NCBI RefSeq assembly: GCF_004010195.1
Contig: NC_057754.1
Location: 1,168,549-1,204,573 of the forward strand
Length of the DNA stretch: 36,025 nucleotides
Direction of reading: 5' to 3'
DNA from: Chiloscyllium plagiosum
Lineage: Eukaryota
In this document: positions 21,970 to 32,512 of the stretch, piece by piece
Position numbering within the stretch: the stretch's first letter is position 1
Layout of the letters: each line of letters opens with the position of its first letter
Translations under genes and position numbers: made by a program
Notes under the pieces: model-generated
What the model was told of the DNA's origin: nothing
The model's input: only the letters and a program-made list of their open reading frames with translations
Database searches by the model: none

Positions 21970-22076
21970 CTGTTAATCTCCTCTGCTCCCATATGAAAGA
22001 GAACATCAGTTGAAGTCACAGCAAAGACTACCTCGTTGATGTTCAATGTGCAAGGATCGGAAACAAAATGGACACG
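21970..22076 (-). CDS. POLA2: POLA2 exon (107 nt): RVHFVSDPCTLNINEVVFAVTSTDVLFHMGAEEIN(S)
   Basis: Aligns to QVQFVSEPCSLSINGVIFGLTSTDLLFHLGAEEIS; ttctgacAG / GTACGT; phase 0/2. Confidence 0.97.
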
Positions 22077-22549
22077 CTGTCAGAAAAGGTAAACACACCA
22101 TTTAGAGGAAGATCGTTACTGCTACACACACTACCTCTATAGTAACCACACCTGGGCTCAAGGATTGGCCCCTCAAATAAGGTACAATTTATCCAGAAAA
22201 ACACCCTCCTGACACTTGGTCCGTTAGTCATACCCAAGCCTGAACTGAACCATGGACAAAATCTAATTCTCGCAGGAAGTGTTGCTCCTAATATTTACCC
22301 ACCATCTCAACTGACATAATATTCTGTTATCATCTTCACGGCAAGGGAGCGGCGCGCTGTCACAGGGTGGGCGCCGAGGGAGTGGCACGCTCCGAGTGAG
22401 CGGTACACTGTTGAAGGGTGGGTGCTGAGGTAGTGTTACTTTGCACGAAAATCAGTGATGAGGGAGTGATGTACTACCTAAGGGAATGGCACAGCATGTT
22501 GCCAGAGGTGCCAACTTCTGGCACCCCACCTCAAAGTACAGCCGACAGT

Positions 22550-23330
22550 AATAAATCAGAAGGTCATGGGTTCAAGCAGCAACGCAGAGGTAGGAGCAAG
22601 TAACCCAAACTGACCACCGGCCGAGGGTCAGCGCCGAAGAAATGGCCGCATCGGCCAAGGGTCAGCGCCGAAGAAGGGCCGCATCGGCCGAGGGAGGGCC
22701 GCATCGGCCGAGGGTCAGCGCCGAGGGAGGGCCGCATCGGCCAAGGGTCAGCGCCGAGGGAGGGCCGCATCGGCCAAGGGTCAGCGTCGAGGGAGGGCCG
22801 CACCGCCCGAGGCTCAGCGCCGAGGGAACGTCGCACCGCCGGAGGGTCAGCGCCGGGGGAACACGGCATTTCCGGAGGGTCAGGGCGGAGGGAACGCGGC
22901 ACCTCCCAAGGGAACGCGGCATCGCCGGAGGGTCAGGGCCGAGGGAACGTGGCATCGCCGGAAGGTCAGCATGTCGCATGTTTGGAGGGTCAGGGCCGAG
23001 GGAACGCGGCATCGCCAGAGGGTCAGGGCCGAGGGAACGCGGCATCGCCAGAGGGTCAGGGCCGAGGGAACGCGGCATCGCCAGAGGGTCAGGGCCGAGG
23101 GAACGCGGCATCGCCGGAGGGTCAGGGAGACTCTCTTTTAGATGAGACATTAAGCCAAGGCCCTATAGGCGCACTCAGGTCAAAGTGTAAACCAACGTGC
23201 AGTATTTGGACAGGCAGCAGGGGACAATTCTCCACATTGCCCTTGGGCTGATTTCTGATCCTCACTCACATGGTTGTTTCTGATGGGCAGACTGTGCACA
23301 TGGAAACGTGCCTCTGGCTTGTGAGCGACA
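22550..23330 (+). mobile_element. Deu-domain SINE (SacSINE1/AmnSINE1-like) with internal minisatellite expansion
   Basis: Head TCAGAAGGTCATGGGTTCAAG; after the array TTTTAGATGAGACATTAAGCCAAGGCCC..CTCAGGT..GCAGGGGA resembles the Deu domain (from recall). Confidence 0.6.
22618..23127. repeat. GC/CpG-rich ~33-bp minisatellite
   Basis: Units AGGGTCAGCGCCGAGGGAGGGCCGCATCGGCCR grading into AGGGTCAGGGCCGAGGGAACGCGGCATCGCCRG. Confidence 0.95.
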
Positions 23331-24027
23331 TTATGATTGGTGATGACCCTTTCAGGCTAGTGTTTAAACACTCCCTGAGGGAATGACAACAACAATCAGC
23401 TTTCAAAGTCCTCTTGGTGTGAGGAAACCAATAACCTGAGAACTACTCTCAGGCCAGTACCTTAAATGCTGATTATTTACAACAATGAGGCTTTTGTTAC
23501 TTTAGAAAGGTAAAAAAACACACACACAGGCACACATCTGTTTTAAACAGCACCTTTAACCCAGTATAGCAGCTCTGCCTCGGAACAGAAGGATGCTTTG
23601 AGAGATACCTGCCCCTGGCATACCCTCTGCCAGAGGGAAGAGCAGCCCCAGCTTTGTACACTGGATCGGTGATAGCCACTGCTCCAGCTGCAAGGGTATT
23701 TCAATCTCCACACACTGTACCACAGACTGTGCCCCAGAGCATCGAGTGCTGTTTATTGTCCAACATGCTCCTGGTACCTGCTCTACAGGACCTCTCTGGG
23801 CATCCTCAATTGGTTGGAGTTTCTTCCCTGCCTCAACATACTGACCAATCAGGTCAGCGTAGTGGTGACATTCCATTCCCCGCTCGTCACAGGCAAAGCT
23901 AGCACCTGTTGCCCACCCCAAGCTGCCACACTGGTCTGGGAATGGAGTCACCTACACCGACGAAGGACAGCAGATTTCTGTCAATGAGCTGGCTTTGTTT
24001 TGAACTGGAATCAGTCAGCCTCCTGCG

Positions 24028-24390
24028 TCAGAGGCTGAGGGACATGGATAGGGTAAATAGACAAAGTTTTTTTTCCTGGAGTCCAGAACTAGAGGCCACT
24101 GGCTGAGGGTGAGAGGGGAAAAATTTAAAAGGGACCCCAGACCCAAGGAGCAACTTTTTCACACAGAGAGGGATCTGTGTATGGAATGAGCAGCCAGAGG
24201 AAGTTGTGGAGGCTGGTACAATGACAACATTTAAAAGGCATCTGGATGGCTAAGTGAATAGGAAGGGTTTGGAGGGATTTGGGCCAAGTGCTGGTAAGTG
24301 GGACTAGATTAGGTTAGGATATCTGGTCAGCATGGAGGAGTTGGGCTGAAGGGTTTTGTTTCCGTGATGTACATCTCTATTACTATGACA
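24028..24390 (+). mobile_element. CR1 LINE 3' fragment
   Basis: GACATGGATAGGGTAAATAGACAAAG..ACTAGAGG..TGGAATGAGCAGCCAGAGG..TACATCTCTAT tail. Confidence 0.85.
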
Positions 24391-24915
24391 CTTTTACTGA
24401 CCCAGGCTTTGTTGTTTTAAAATCACTCCCGTTTGCTCATTAACTTGACTGGAATTTTCAGGTGGCCCACAGTGGGAGTTGAACTCAGGATTTCTGGGGG
24501 GCACTGATTCTGTGGTGGTAACATTACTGGATGAGTAATCCAGAACCCCAGACCTGTGTTCTGAAGGCTATGTCAGATGGTGAAATTTGAGTTCAGTAAT
24601 AATCTGGAATTAAGTGCTGGATCTAATGGAGACTATTGTCACCATGGTCAATTATTGTAAAAACCCATGTATTTTAGCAAATGAAATCAGTCACCCTTCC
24701 CTGGTCAGGCCTACATCAACTCCAGATACACAGCAACATGGGTGACTCTTAAATTCCCTCTGAAATGGACTGGTTTGTATCAAACTGCAGTCACAACAAC
24801 TAGAGAACAGTTGATAACATTCCACAAATGAACTGGATTAGAAAGCTTAGAATTAACACTGCAGCCAAGGGGTTTAAAGGCAGATGCAGAGAAGGATGGT
24901 TGAAAGGTGGAATAC

Positions 24916-25024
24916 CTCCTTGTCTTCCTTAGACGGCTCAAAGCAGTGGAATGGCGCCTGAGGATACACAAAATCATGGTGAACATCCCTCAGTGATGGC
25001 ACGACCACAAGATGAGACCCTGAG
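24916..25024 (-). CDS. POLA2: POLA2 exon (109 nt): SGSHLVVVPSLRDVHHDFVYPQAPFHCFEPSKEDKE
   Basis: Conserved VPSLRDVHH..VYPQ.PF motif; ttctgttcAG / GTATTC; phase 2/0. Confidence 0.97.
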
Positions 25025-25566
25025 CTGAACAGAAACCATGCATTTAGAGAGGCAAGCTACATGAAGAGTCCTTAAGTTTTATATCTCCCCCCCCAAACCA
25101 TTAACACAGCCCAAATGTTGCAATTTCTACTGCGTTGTACGCTGCATTCTGCAGACGTCCATCGGCAATGAAACAAAGGAAGCAGCTGACCTCCCACAGT
25201 AACTGAGGTAGTAACACAGTCATATTCAATGTTGCCAATCACTGCAATGTGCTGACGGAGTGTAATCAGCCAGGGTTCGCTGCTGAGATAAGACAGCGGA
25301 GAGTAAGAGGTCTTTTCTTTCCTCGGGTGGGGGTGTCGCTGGCTGCTCAAGCAGTTATTGCTCCCCTTACCCACCGCTCCCATTGTCCCAGGGAAGCTGC
25401 CTATTCAACTGCTGCAGTCAGTGTGCCGTAGGGACACCCACAGTGCCCTTAGGGAGGGTGTTTCAGGATTTTGACCCAATGACACTGAAGGAATGGTGAA
25501 ATATTCCAGGTCATGATGGCAAGTGGCTTGGAGGAAACTTACAGGGGACTGTCTTCCCATGTATCT

Positions 25567-25914
25567 GGAGAGGGTGGACGCTAGGAAATTGTTTCCGTTA
25601 GGTGAGGAGACTAGGACCCGTGGACACAGCCTTAGAATTAGAGGGGGTAAATTCAGAACAGAAATGCGGAGACATTTCTTCAGCCAGAGAGTGGTGGGCC
25701 TGTGGAATTCATTGCCACAGAGCGCAGTGGAGGCCGGGACGCTAAATGTCTTCAAGGCAGAAATTGATAAATTCTTGATGTCACAAGGAATTAGGGGCTA
25801 CGGGGAGAATGAGGGTAAGTGGAGTTGAAATGCTCATCAGCCATGATTGAATGGTGGAGTGGACTCGATGGGCCGAATGGCCTTACTTCCACTCCTATGT
25901 CTTATGGTCTTATG
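25567..25914 (+). mobile_element. Young CR1 LINE 3' end
   Basis: RVDARKLFPLGEETRTRGHSLRIRGGKFRTEMRRHFFSQRVVGLWNSLPQ; tail (TCTTATGG)-type repeats. Confidence 0.92.
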
Positions 25915-25990
25915 CTGCCTTTGTCTTTCCAAACGGAAGTGGTCGTGGGTTTGGAAGGAGCTCACTAAGGAGCTTTGCTGAATTCCCACA

Positions 25991-26331
25991 ATCTTGTTTA
26001 GAGTGGTGCTGGAAAAGCACAGCAGGTCAGGCAGCTTCCGAGGAGCAGGAAAATCGACGTTGAGTGGATAGGTGGAACAGAAGATAGGCAGGTAGAACAA
26101 GTCATGGGGACAGTGCTAAGCTGGAAGTTTGGAACTGGGGCAAGGTGGGGGAAGGGGAAATGAGGAAACAGTTAAAGGCCACATTGATGACCTGAGGTTG
26201 AATTCCCGAAGGGCTCATGCCCGAAACGTCGATTCTCCAGCTCCTTGGATGCTGCCTGACCTGCTGCCCTTTTCCAGCAACACAGTTTCAGCTCTGATCT
26301 CCAGCATCTGCAGTCCTCACTTTCTCCCCGT
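25991..26331. mobile_element. Penelope-like element remnant with inverted pLTR and 12-bp TSD
   Basis: TGAATTCCCACA at 25979-25990 and 26332-26343; minus-strand GIY-YIG C-terminal-like QPQVINVAFNCFLIS at about 26155-26200. Confidence 0.75.
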
Positions 26332-26358
26332 TGAATTCCCACAGCACATCTTGTAGAC

Positions 26359-26703
26359 CTGTGTTTCTCAACCTTTCCGTATTCAACGCCCCCTTATCCT
26401 TGAAATCATGCAACGCTCCCAAACCACCAAAGTCTGTTTTTGCACATACAACTGCAATACACTGCAGTGCTGAAATCGGAAAACTTTTGTGTTTTATATA
26501 CAACAAAATGTTACCGTTTGTATTATGTGACTATCCATCTGCACACAGCAATGTCCTTCAAGGACACAGCAGTCTTCCAAGTGATTGGTTAGCTCTCTAC
26601 AAAGTCGTTCAGTGCCCCCTTGCCACCCCCTTTGACTTCAACGCCCACCGAAGGAAGGCAAATGCCCCTCAGGGGGTGCTTCTGCCCCCGTTGAGAAACA
26701 CTG
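26359..26703. mobile_element. hAT (Charlie/Buster-type) MITE, 345 bp
   Basis: TIRs CTGTGTTTCTCAAC / GTTGAGAAACACTG; perfect 8-bp TSD TTGTAGAC at 26351-26358 and 26704-26711. Confidence 0.9.
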
Positions 26704-27089
26704 TTGTAGACGATGCACACTGCTGCCGAGGGTCAGTGGTGGGGAAGGGAGTGGATGTGGTGCCAATTAAGTGGACTCCTTTGTTCTGGATGGTATCAAG
26801 CTTTCTGCGTGTTGCTGGAGCTGCCCCATCAAGGGGCAAGTGGGGAGTATTCTGTCCCACTCCTACCTTTTTGCCTTGTCGATGGTGGGACAGGCTTTGG
26901 GGGGGGGACTTCGGGAGGGAACTCACTCACTGCAGGATTCCCAGCCTCTGACCTGCTCTTATAGGCACAGTGTTTGTGGGATGAGTCCAGTTAAGTTTCT
27001 GGTAAATGGTAACCCCCAGGATGTGATTACTGGGGATGAAGAGACTAACATACCAGGAGAGAAAATGAGACTCTAGCCTAGATGATAGA

Positions 27090-27835
27090 AGAAAACAAGA
27101 AATAGGAGCAGGAGACCGTTCTGCCCTTCGAGTCCACTCTGTCATCTAACAAGATCACAGCTGATTATGGGGTAGAACTCCACTTCCTGTCAATACACAG
27201 AGATGAAAAATCTGCTGAACAGGCCTGAAACATTTTCAATGATGGAGACTCCATAGGTCTCTAGGGCTGAGAATTTCAGAGATTCATCAGCCTCGGTGAA
27301 GGAATGTCTCATCGAGGTCCGATCTGAACGATGTACTGAGGCTGTTCTGCTGATTCAGATTCCTCAGCCCTGGGGAAACAACGTCTCCACCTCTCACTGG
27401 CAAGTCCCTTCACAATCTTGAATGTTTTGGGAGACCTGCTCTCATGCTTCTAAACACCAGGGAATATCAACCCAAATTACTCAGCTGCCGGCCCCTGGGA
27501 TGAGGGTGAAACCCGTGAACCTTCTCTCCAGGAACTGCCTCCATCAGAAATCCTTCCTTAAAAGATGGAGACCAAAGCTACAGTGTTCCAGGTGTAGTCC
27601 CACCAAAGCCTGGTCGAACTGTGACAAAACTATCTTATTTCTTGTTCTCCATTTGCCTTCCAGTAAAGGCGCTCTCCAAATTGTTTACTATCGTTCGCAT
27701 TGTAAGAGTATACATACAAGTCTCCCTGAACATCAACATCCTCCATAATACCAATTCTGCTTTCCTATTCTTGCAAGCAAAGCAAATAACCCCGCACTTG
27801 CCCACTTTACCCTCTATGCGTCACATTGCTGCCTT
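27090..27835 (-). mobile_element. Old CR1 LINE 3' fragment
   Basis: AATAGGAGCAGGAG.. tail and GGAGACCAAAGCTACAGTGTTCCAGGTGTAGTCCCACCAAAGCC (reverse-complement CR1 ORF2). Confidence 0.7.
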
Positions 27836-28294
27836 CTGACGGAATCCAACTGGTAGGGCATAGCTCTGGACTTGCAGTGGGAAGACACTACAGGGTCAGA
27901 GTTGAAAAGCACAGCAGGTCAGGAAGAACCCAAACAGCAGGAGGCGACATTTGGGTCTGCAGGGCCAGAGTTGGCTCTTACATATGTGACAGCTCAGGAA
28001 AAAGACAAGTCCCCTCCCAGACTGTTTATCCTGTTTGTGTCCCAACCAGGGTAGCCTTTGCAGAGAGGTGGCCTAATGGTAAAGTGGAACCTCCCTACCT
28101 CTAGACCAGAAGCTCTCCATCTCAAGACTTTGTGGTCACATGGAAGGGGGCTAGGCAGGTTGATTATTAATGTCTGGCTGCCAGCAGGAAGAGGAGGAGG
28201 ATTTGACGGACTACCGGAAAGATGCAGCAGCTGAGGAGCAGCAGCCTCCCCAAGTGAAAAGGGACAGACAGACGGGACGGGCAAGCAGGCAGAC

Positions 28295-28598
28295 TTTAGC
28301 AATTCAAAACTCTTTTGACAGCACATTCCAAACTCAGGTTGTCTATCATCGAGGAGGACAAGGTAGATGGGAACACCACCCCTAGCAACGCCCCTCCAAG
28401 CCAGTCACCATCCTGACTTGGAAATATATTGCTGTTTGTTAAAGGTCTCCACGTGAAAGAAAAAATGGAACTCCTGCCCTAACAGCATCAAAGGTGTCCC
28501 TAAACCCCATGGTGTGCACCACACCACCACCACCATCATCATCATCATCATTTTCCCAAGGGTAGCCAGTGACACCCACAACTCATGAATGAATAAAC
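28295..28598 (+). mobile_element. CR1/Jockey-clade LINE 3' end
   Basis: GGGAACACCACC..CCCTCCAAGCCAGTCACCATCCTGACTTGGAAATATAT..CATGAATGAATAAA; same family as 25315-27040. Confidence 0.7.
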
Positions 28599-28638
28599 AG
28601 AAGTGTAGTGATCATACAGAGGTAGTGCTGAAACATAC

Positions 28639-28712
28639 CCCCTCGTTCCTTCCACGATTCCTTTCATGCACTGTTTAAAAACCTCTTGGTAGGTCACTGT
28701 CAGCTGACAACT
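28639..28712 (-). CDS. POLA2: POLA2 exon (74 nt): SCQLTVTYQEVFKQCMKGIVEGTR(G)
   Basis: Aligns to NCLLTSPFEDIFKQCLRTIIEGTRS; aatcctAG / GTATGT; phase 0/2. Confidence 0.93.
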
Positions 28713-29299
28713 CTAGGATTAAAAACATTAAAACAATGAAAACATGCTACAGCACTCAGTCAAACACCACATCAGAGTCCCATCCTAAACTCTTAGCTCA
28801 TTTTACTTCCAGGACAAGGAAAACCAGACTCCCAGCAGAGTCATCGAGATCTACAGCATAGAGAAAGGTCCTTTGACCCATCACATCTCCTGCATACAGA
28901 GTACAATACTTGGATGGGTCAGCTGTGGCTCTCTGGTCAGCATCACTGTCAACACAACACTCCGGCAGACATCTGCAGGATGCACCAATCTGAACTGTGT
29001 TCAGGTCAAGTGGGAAGGGAAGGAGAAAGACAGCGAGAGAACGAGATCAAATAGAAAGAAATGGAGAGATAGAGAAGAGAGAGACAGAGAGATTATAGAG
29101 AGAGGGGAGAGAGCAGAGAGACACCTCAGTGAGCACACAGAAAGAGAATGGAATTGGAGAATTTGGGTAAAGACGGTTCAATGCAATGAGAAAAAAAGTC
29201 ATTTTCATAGAAGTGTTGTGGGGGAAAAGGATTAGTTTAGTTTATTCTATTTTATCCTCTTTCTTTCTGCACAGTTAGCTTCAGGTTTACCATTAAGAC

Positions 29300-29372
29300 C
29301 AGACCGGAGCACTGCACACTCATATTTCAGTGACAGACAGGAGCACTGCACACTCATATTTCAGTGACAGAC
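29300..29372. repeat. 34-bp tandem duplication
   Basis: GGAGCACTGCACACTCATATTTCAGTGACAGAC at 29306 and 29340. Confidence 0.95.
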
Positions 29373-29545
29373 CACTTTGTTAAATAAAAACGATCTCGCT
29401 AGTCAGATTTCAGCCTGAGATCGGGCTTGTTCAGCAGGGCCCTAACAACACTGTTAAAAATCCCAAATAATCCCCTTGTCATTCTTTTGTTAATTGCCTC
29501 CAGCAACAGAAGATTAATGGGTGAAGGTGGTACAGAGAACCATAC

Positions 29546-29584
29546 CTCTATCTGCTGGTGTCTGACATCCACAAACGGCCCCAG
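29546..29584 (-). CDS. POLA2: POLA2 exon (39 nt): LGPFVDVRHQQIE
   Basis: GPF-D motif of DNA polymerase B subunits; ttccttacAG / GTATGG; phase 0/0. Confidence 0.95.
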
Positions 29585-30420
29585 CTGTAAGGAAACAAAA
29601 GAGTAATATTGACAATGACAGTGATTTTCTGGATGCATGCACTGTTGTAGTAGACAGTCCAGAATTCAGGCTTCAGTGACCTGGAGGAGACAGGTTGCCA
29701 TGTTTTTGTTGAATGTGATGTTTTGTGGTCCTTCTATAATTTTTTGAAGGGGCTGCTGCTTAAATGCTGGTTGCACTTCAGCCCTGATCTCTGGGCACCC
29801 GGTGCCCAGGGAGCAGTGGACAAGTCTAAGGGTGTTCTCTTGGCTTTGCTCCTGAGGCCTGGCCAAGATGGCCATTAACAGGTCCTGACAACAGGTTAAA
29901 GTGGGGCTTTGTTGTTCCTTACTGTCTACCCCTGTTTCGCGGTTACATCCACGCTCAGGTGACCCTGGAAAGGGAGCACACGGTGCTCAGCAGGACAGTG
30001 AAGTCCTTTAGAGACCGGTGGGAGTTGCAGGGACTGAAATATATTATCAGCCTCGAATATGACAATTTAATTTAGCAAGTTACTGTTCTTAGTTTCCACT
30101 TGATTTTTAAAATTTATGTTTGTCCCAGAAATGATTGATGGGGTCAGCATGAGAGGAACGTAGTAGAAGGAATTTTCCTCTATATATTAATCCCTTGTTA
30201 CCCCGTCCCAGGAGTGTTTTGATGGAGACAGAGCTGAGGGGAGTTTAAGTTTACTTTGAGTTCATGTGAGTGGAGGAAACGTTTACTTTGCAATTTAACC
30301 ACTTGTTGCTCCTGTTCCAAGAGTGTTTGATGGGGACAGTGTCAAGGGAATTTTATTTTCAGTACAATTGAGTAGAGGGAACTTTACTCTGCATTTTGAT
30401 CCCTTATGGGGATCCCTTTC

Positions 30421-30742
30421 GGGTGGCACAGTGGTTAACACTGCTGCCTCCCAGCGCTAGGGACTCGGGTTCAATTCCTGCCTCGGGCAACTGTCTGTGT
30501 GAAGTTTGCACATTCTCCCTGTGTCTGCGTGGGTTTCCTCTGGGTGCTCCGGTTTCTTCCCACAGTCCAAAGATGTGCAGGTCAGGTGAACTGGCCATGC
30601 TAAATTGCCCGTAGTGTTAGGTGCCTTAGTCAGGGGTAAATGTAGGGGAATGGTTCTGGGTGGGTTGCTCTTCGGAGGGTCGATGTGGACTGGTTGGGCC
30701 GAAGGGCCTGTTTCCACACTGTATGAAACCTAATCTAATCTT
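30421..30742 (+). mobile_element. HE1-type V-SINE
   Basis: tRNA head, V-domain, tail CTAATCTAATCT. Confidence 0.92.
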
Positions 30743-30885
30743 ATGTCCCTGTCCTAGGACTATTTGATGGGGACAGAGTTGAGGGACTGTGACTTCTATT
30801 TTAAAAGATTCAGAGGACTCTGATTAGAGTTCCAAAGAGTTGAGGGAACTTTAAAAAGAATAGAGTCAGCTTTGTTCTGTAATTA

Positions 30886-31031
30886 GGCAAAAGTGAGGAC
30901 TGCAGATGCTGGAGATTAGAGTCTAGATTAGAGTGGTGCTGGAAAAGCACAGCAGGTCAGGCAGCATCCTGACAGGAGGGGCAGGAAAATCAACGTTTCG
31001 GGCAAAAGTCCTTCATGAGGAATCACGCTGC
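30886..31031 (-). mobile_element. Short Penelope-like pLTR insertion with 10-bp TSD
   Basis: TCTGTAATTA at 30876-30885 and 31032-31041; mutated hammerhead core CTCATGA..GAAACGTT on minus. Confidence 0.75.
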
Positions 31032-31373
31032 TCTGTAATTAACCTGGTGCTATCCCTATCCCAAGAGCGCCTGATGGGGACAGTGCTGTGAGTACTTCTT
31101 TTTCACTGTCAGACATCGAAAGACTCAAGCTTCAGTTGTTGAGTAGCAGTGACATGTCGTGCCTGTGTGCCAGATTATACCATGTGTCTACTGGAGGAAA
31201 GGACAGAAACCTTGCAAAGGACCACCCGAGCCCAGTGTAACAAAGTGAGTTGCGGGTTAACACAGCAGGGACTATCGAGCAAAGCATCACAGGGAAGGGA
31301 GTGAGTGATCGGAACTGAATGCGACACTGAAAGCAATAGGACATTAATAGGTAGAACTGAAGCGGGTACTCAC

Positions 31374-31498
31374 CAGTATGCAGACATCGGGTTGGTCCCT
31401 ATTGATGACATCTATCAGATCCAGCATAGGGTCATAGGTGATGCTGTCCGAGGTGGTGAAGGGTCCACAGGCCACAAGAACCATCTGCTGCTCCAAAC
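31374..31498 (-). CDS. POLA2: POLA2 exon (125 nt): (G)LEQQMVLVACGPFTTSDSITYDPMLDLIDVINRDQPDVCIL
   Basis: Matches the start of the POLA2 inactive phosphoesterase domain (MVLVACGPYTTSDSITYDPLLDLI); cccAG / GTGAGT; phase 1/0. Confidence 0.97.
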
Positions 31499-31639
31499 CT
31501 GGGGGCATCATTCACAGCTCATTAAACCGTATGTGACAGGACTCTCACCAGCAGCACCATCCGATACCCAGTAAATCATTAGTATATCAGGAACATATCC
31601 CAGACATGTACTGACTGACAAAGTCACATCTCAAAGCCT

Positions 31640-31937
31640 GAAGTTGGGAGTTTCTACACACCATGTAATGTGTGACGCCTTAATGTTACTGAGTGAACAA
31701 CCACCATCTGTCTTACATCTGTCTTTACATCAGAAAAGATTGAAACAGGCTGAAGAGGAGACTGAGGAGGGGTGGAAGTTGGGAGTTTCTACACACCACG
31801 TAATGTGTGACGCCTTAATGTTACTGAGTGAACAACCACCATCTGTCTTACATCTAAAGTGAACCATCTGGGCCATGTTGAGGTGATAGTGATCAGAAAA
31901 GATTGAAACAGGCTGAAGAGGAGACTGAGGAGGGGTG
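31640..31937. repeat. Complex local duplication A-B-A-x-B
   Basis: A (81 bp) at 31640-31720 and 31775-31855; B (46 bp) at 31729-31774 and 31892-31937. Confidence 0.9.
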
Positions 31938-32469
31938 ACCTGATCTTACCTTTAAAACCAAGAAGGGGGAAATCAATAGGGCTGACAGAGAGATGATGAT
32001 GTCCCATATTGGGGGGGGGGGGGGGGGGGAGAGAAGTGGTGCAACAAAAAGGCAGTTACTAAGAAATCCAACTGGAAATTTGGGAGAACCTCCTCTTCCA
32101 GAAAGTCCAGGGGGGATATGACATGTGTTCCCAGATGCAGTTCAGGGGGAAGCTGGGTAAACACAAGTGAGAAAGGAGGAGGAGGAGGTTGTTAAAGGGG
32201 CTGGGACACTCGAGGGGAGCACAAACGGCAGCTTCAACTCATTTACTTTTCACATTCAAATACTTGGCAAGTCTCACTTCTATATCTAAGACACACAGGA
32301 AGGAAATAACAGATGTACATAGCATCTTTCACATCCTCAGGACATTCTAAAGTGCTTCAACAACTAACTCAATCAGTTAAGTACTTTTGCCTGAGGTGTA
32401 ATCACAGTTGTAAAGTGGGGTAATGGAACAGTGCGATGGTAGTGCTGGTTTTGTACATCATTCACTTAC

Positions 32470-32512
32470 CTTCAAGCGACTCCTCTGGTTTGTAGAAAGG
32501 CAGGAGCACACC
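32470..32512 (-). CDS. POLA2: POLA2 internal coding exon (43 nt): GVLLPFYKPEESLE(G)
   Basis: Manual translation of the minus strand matches vertebrate POLA2 GVPLPFYQPTEED; acceptor ctttttAG, donor GTAAGT; phase 0/1. Confidence 0.9.

Larger units (their letters stand above)
25315..27040 (-). mobile_element. CR1/Jockey-clade LINE 3' part hosting three nested insertions
   Basis: Peptides GQNTPHLPLDGAAPATRRKLDTIQNKGVHLIG and ILGVTIYQKLNWT.....RAGQRLGILQ; sequence resumes across the inserts. Confidence 0.75.
30185..31095. repeat. Decayed minisatellite (..CCCAGGAGTGTTTGATGGGGACAG..GAGGGA..TTTACT..) split by a SINE and a PLE
   Basis: TGATGG(A/G)GACAG core recurs at about 30220, 30328, 30765 and 31072. 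Confidence 0.7.

Noticed and set aside
22564..23251. Repetitive Pro/Arg/Gly-rich ORFs
   Set aside because: Translations of the 33-bp minisatellite; no splice or homology support.
24905..24915. Donor GTATTCCAC resembling a U12 5' splice site
   Set aside because: Does not match GTATCCTT; treated as an ordinary U2 donor.
30185..31095. Spaced recurring motif suggestive of a CRISPR-like array
   Set aside because: Eukaryotic context, irregular spacing, degenerate units; a decayed minisatellite interrupted by retroelements.
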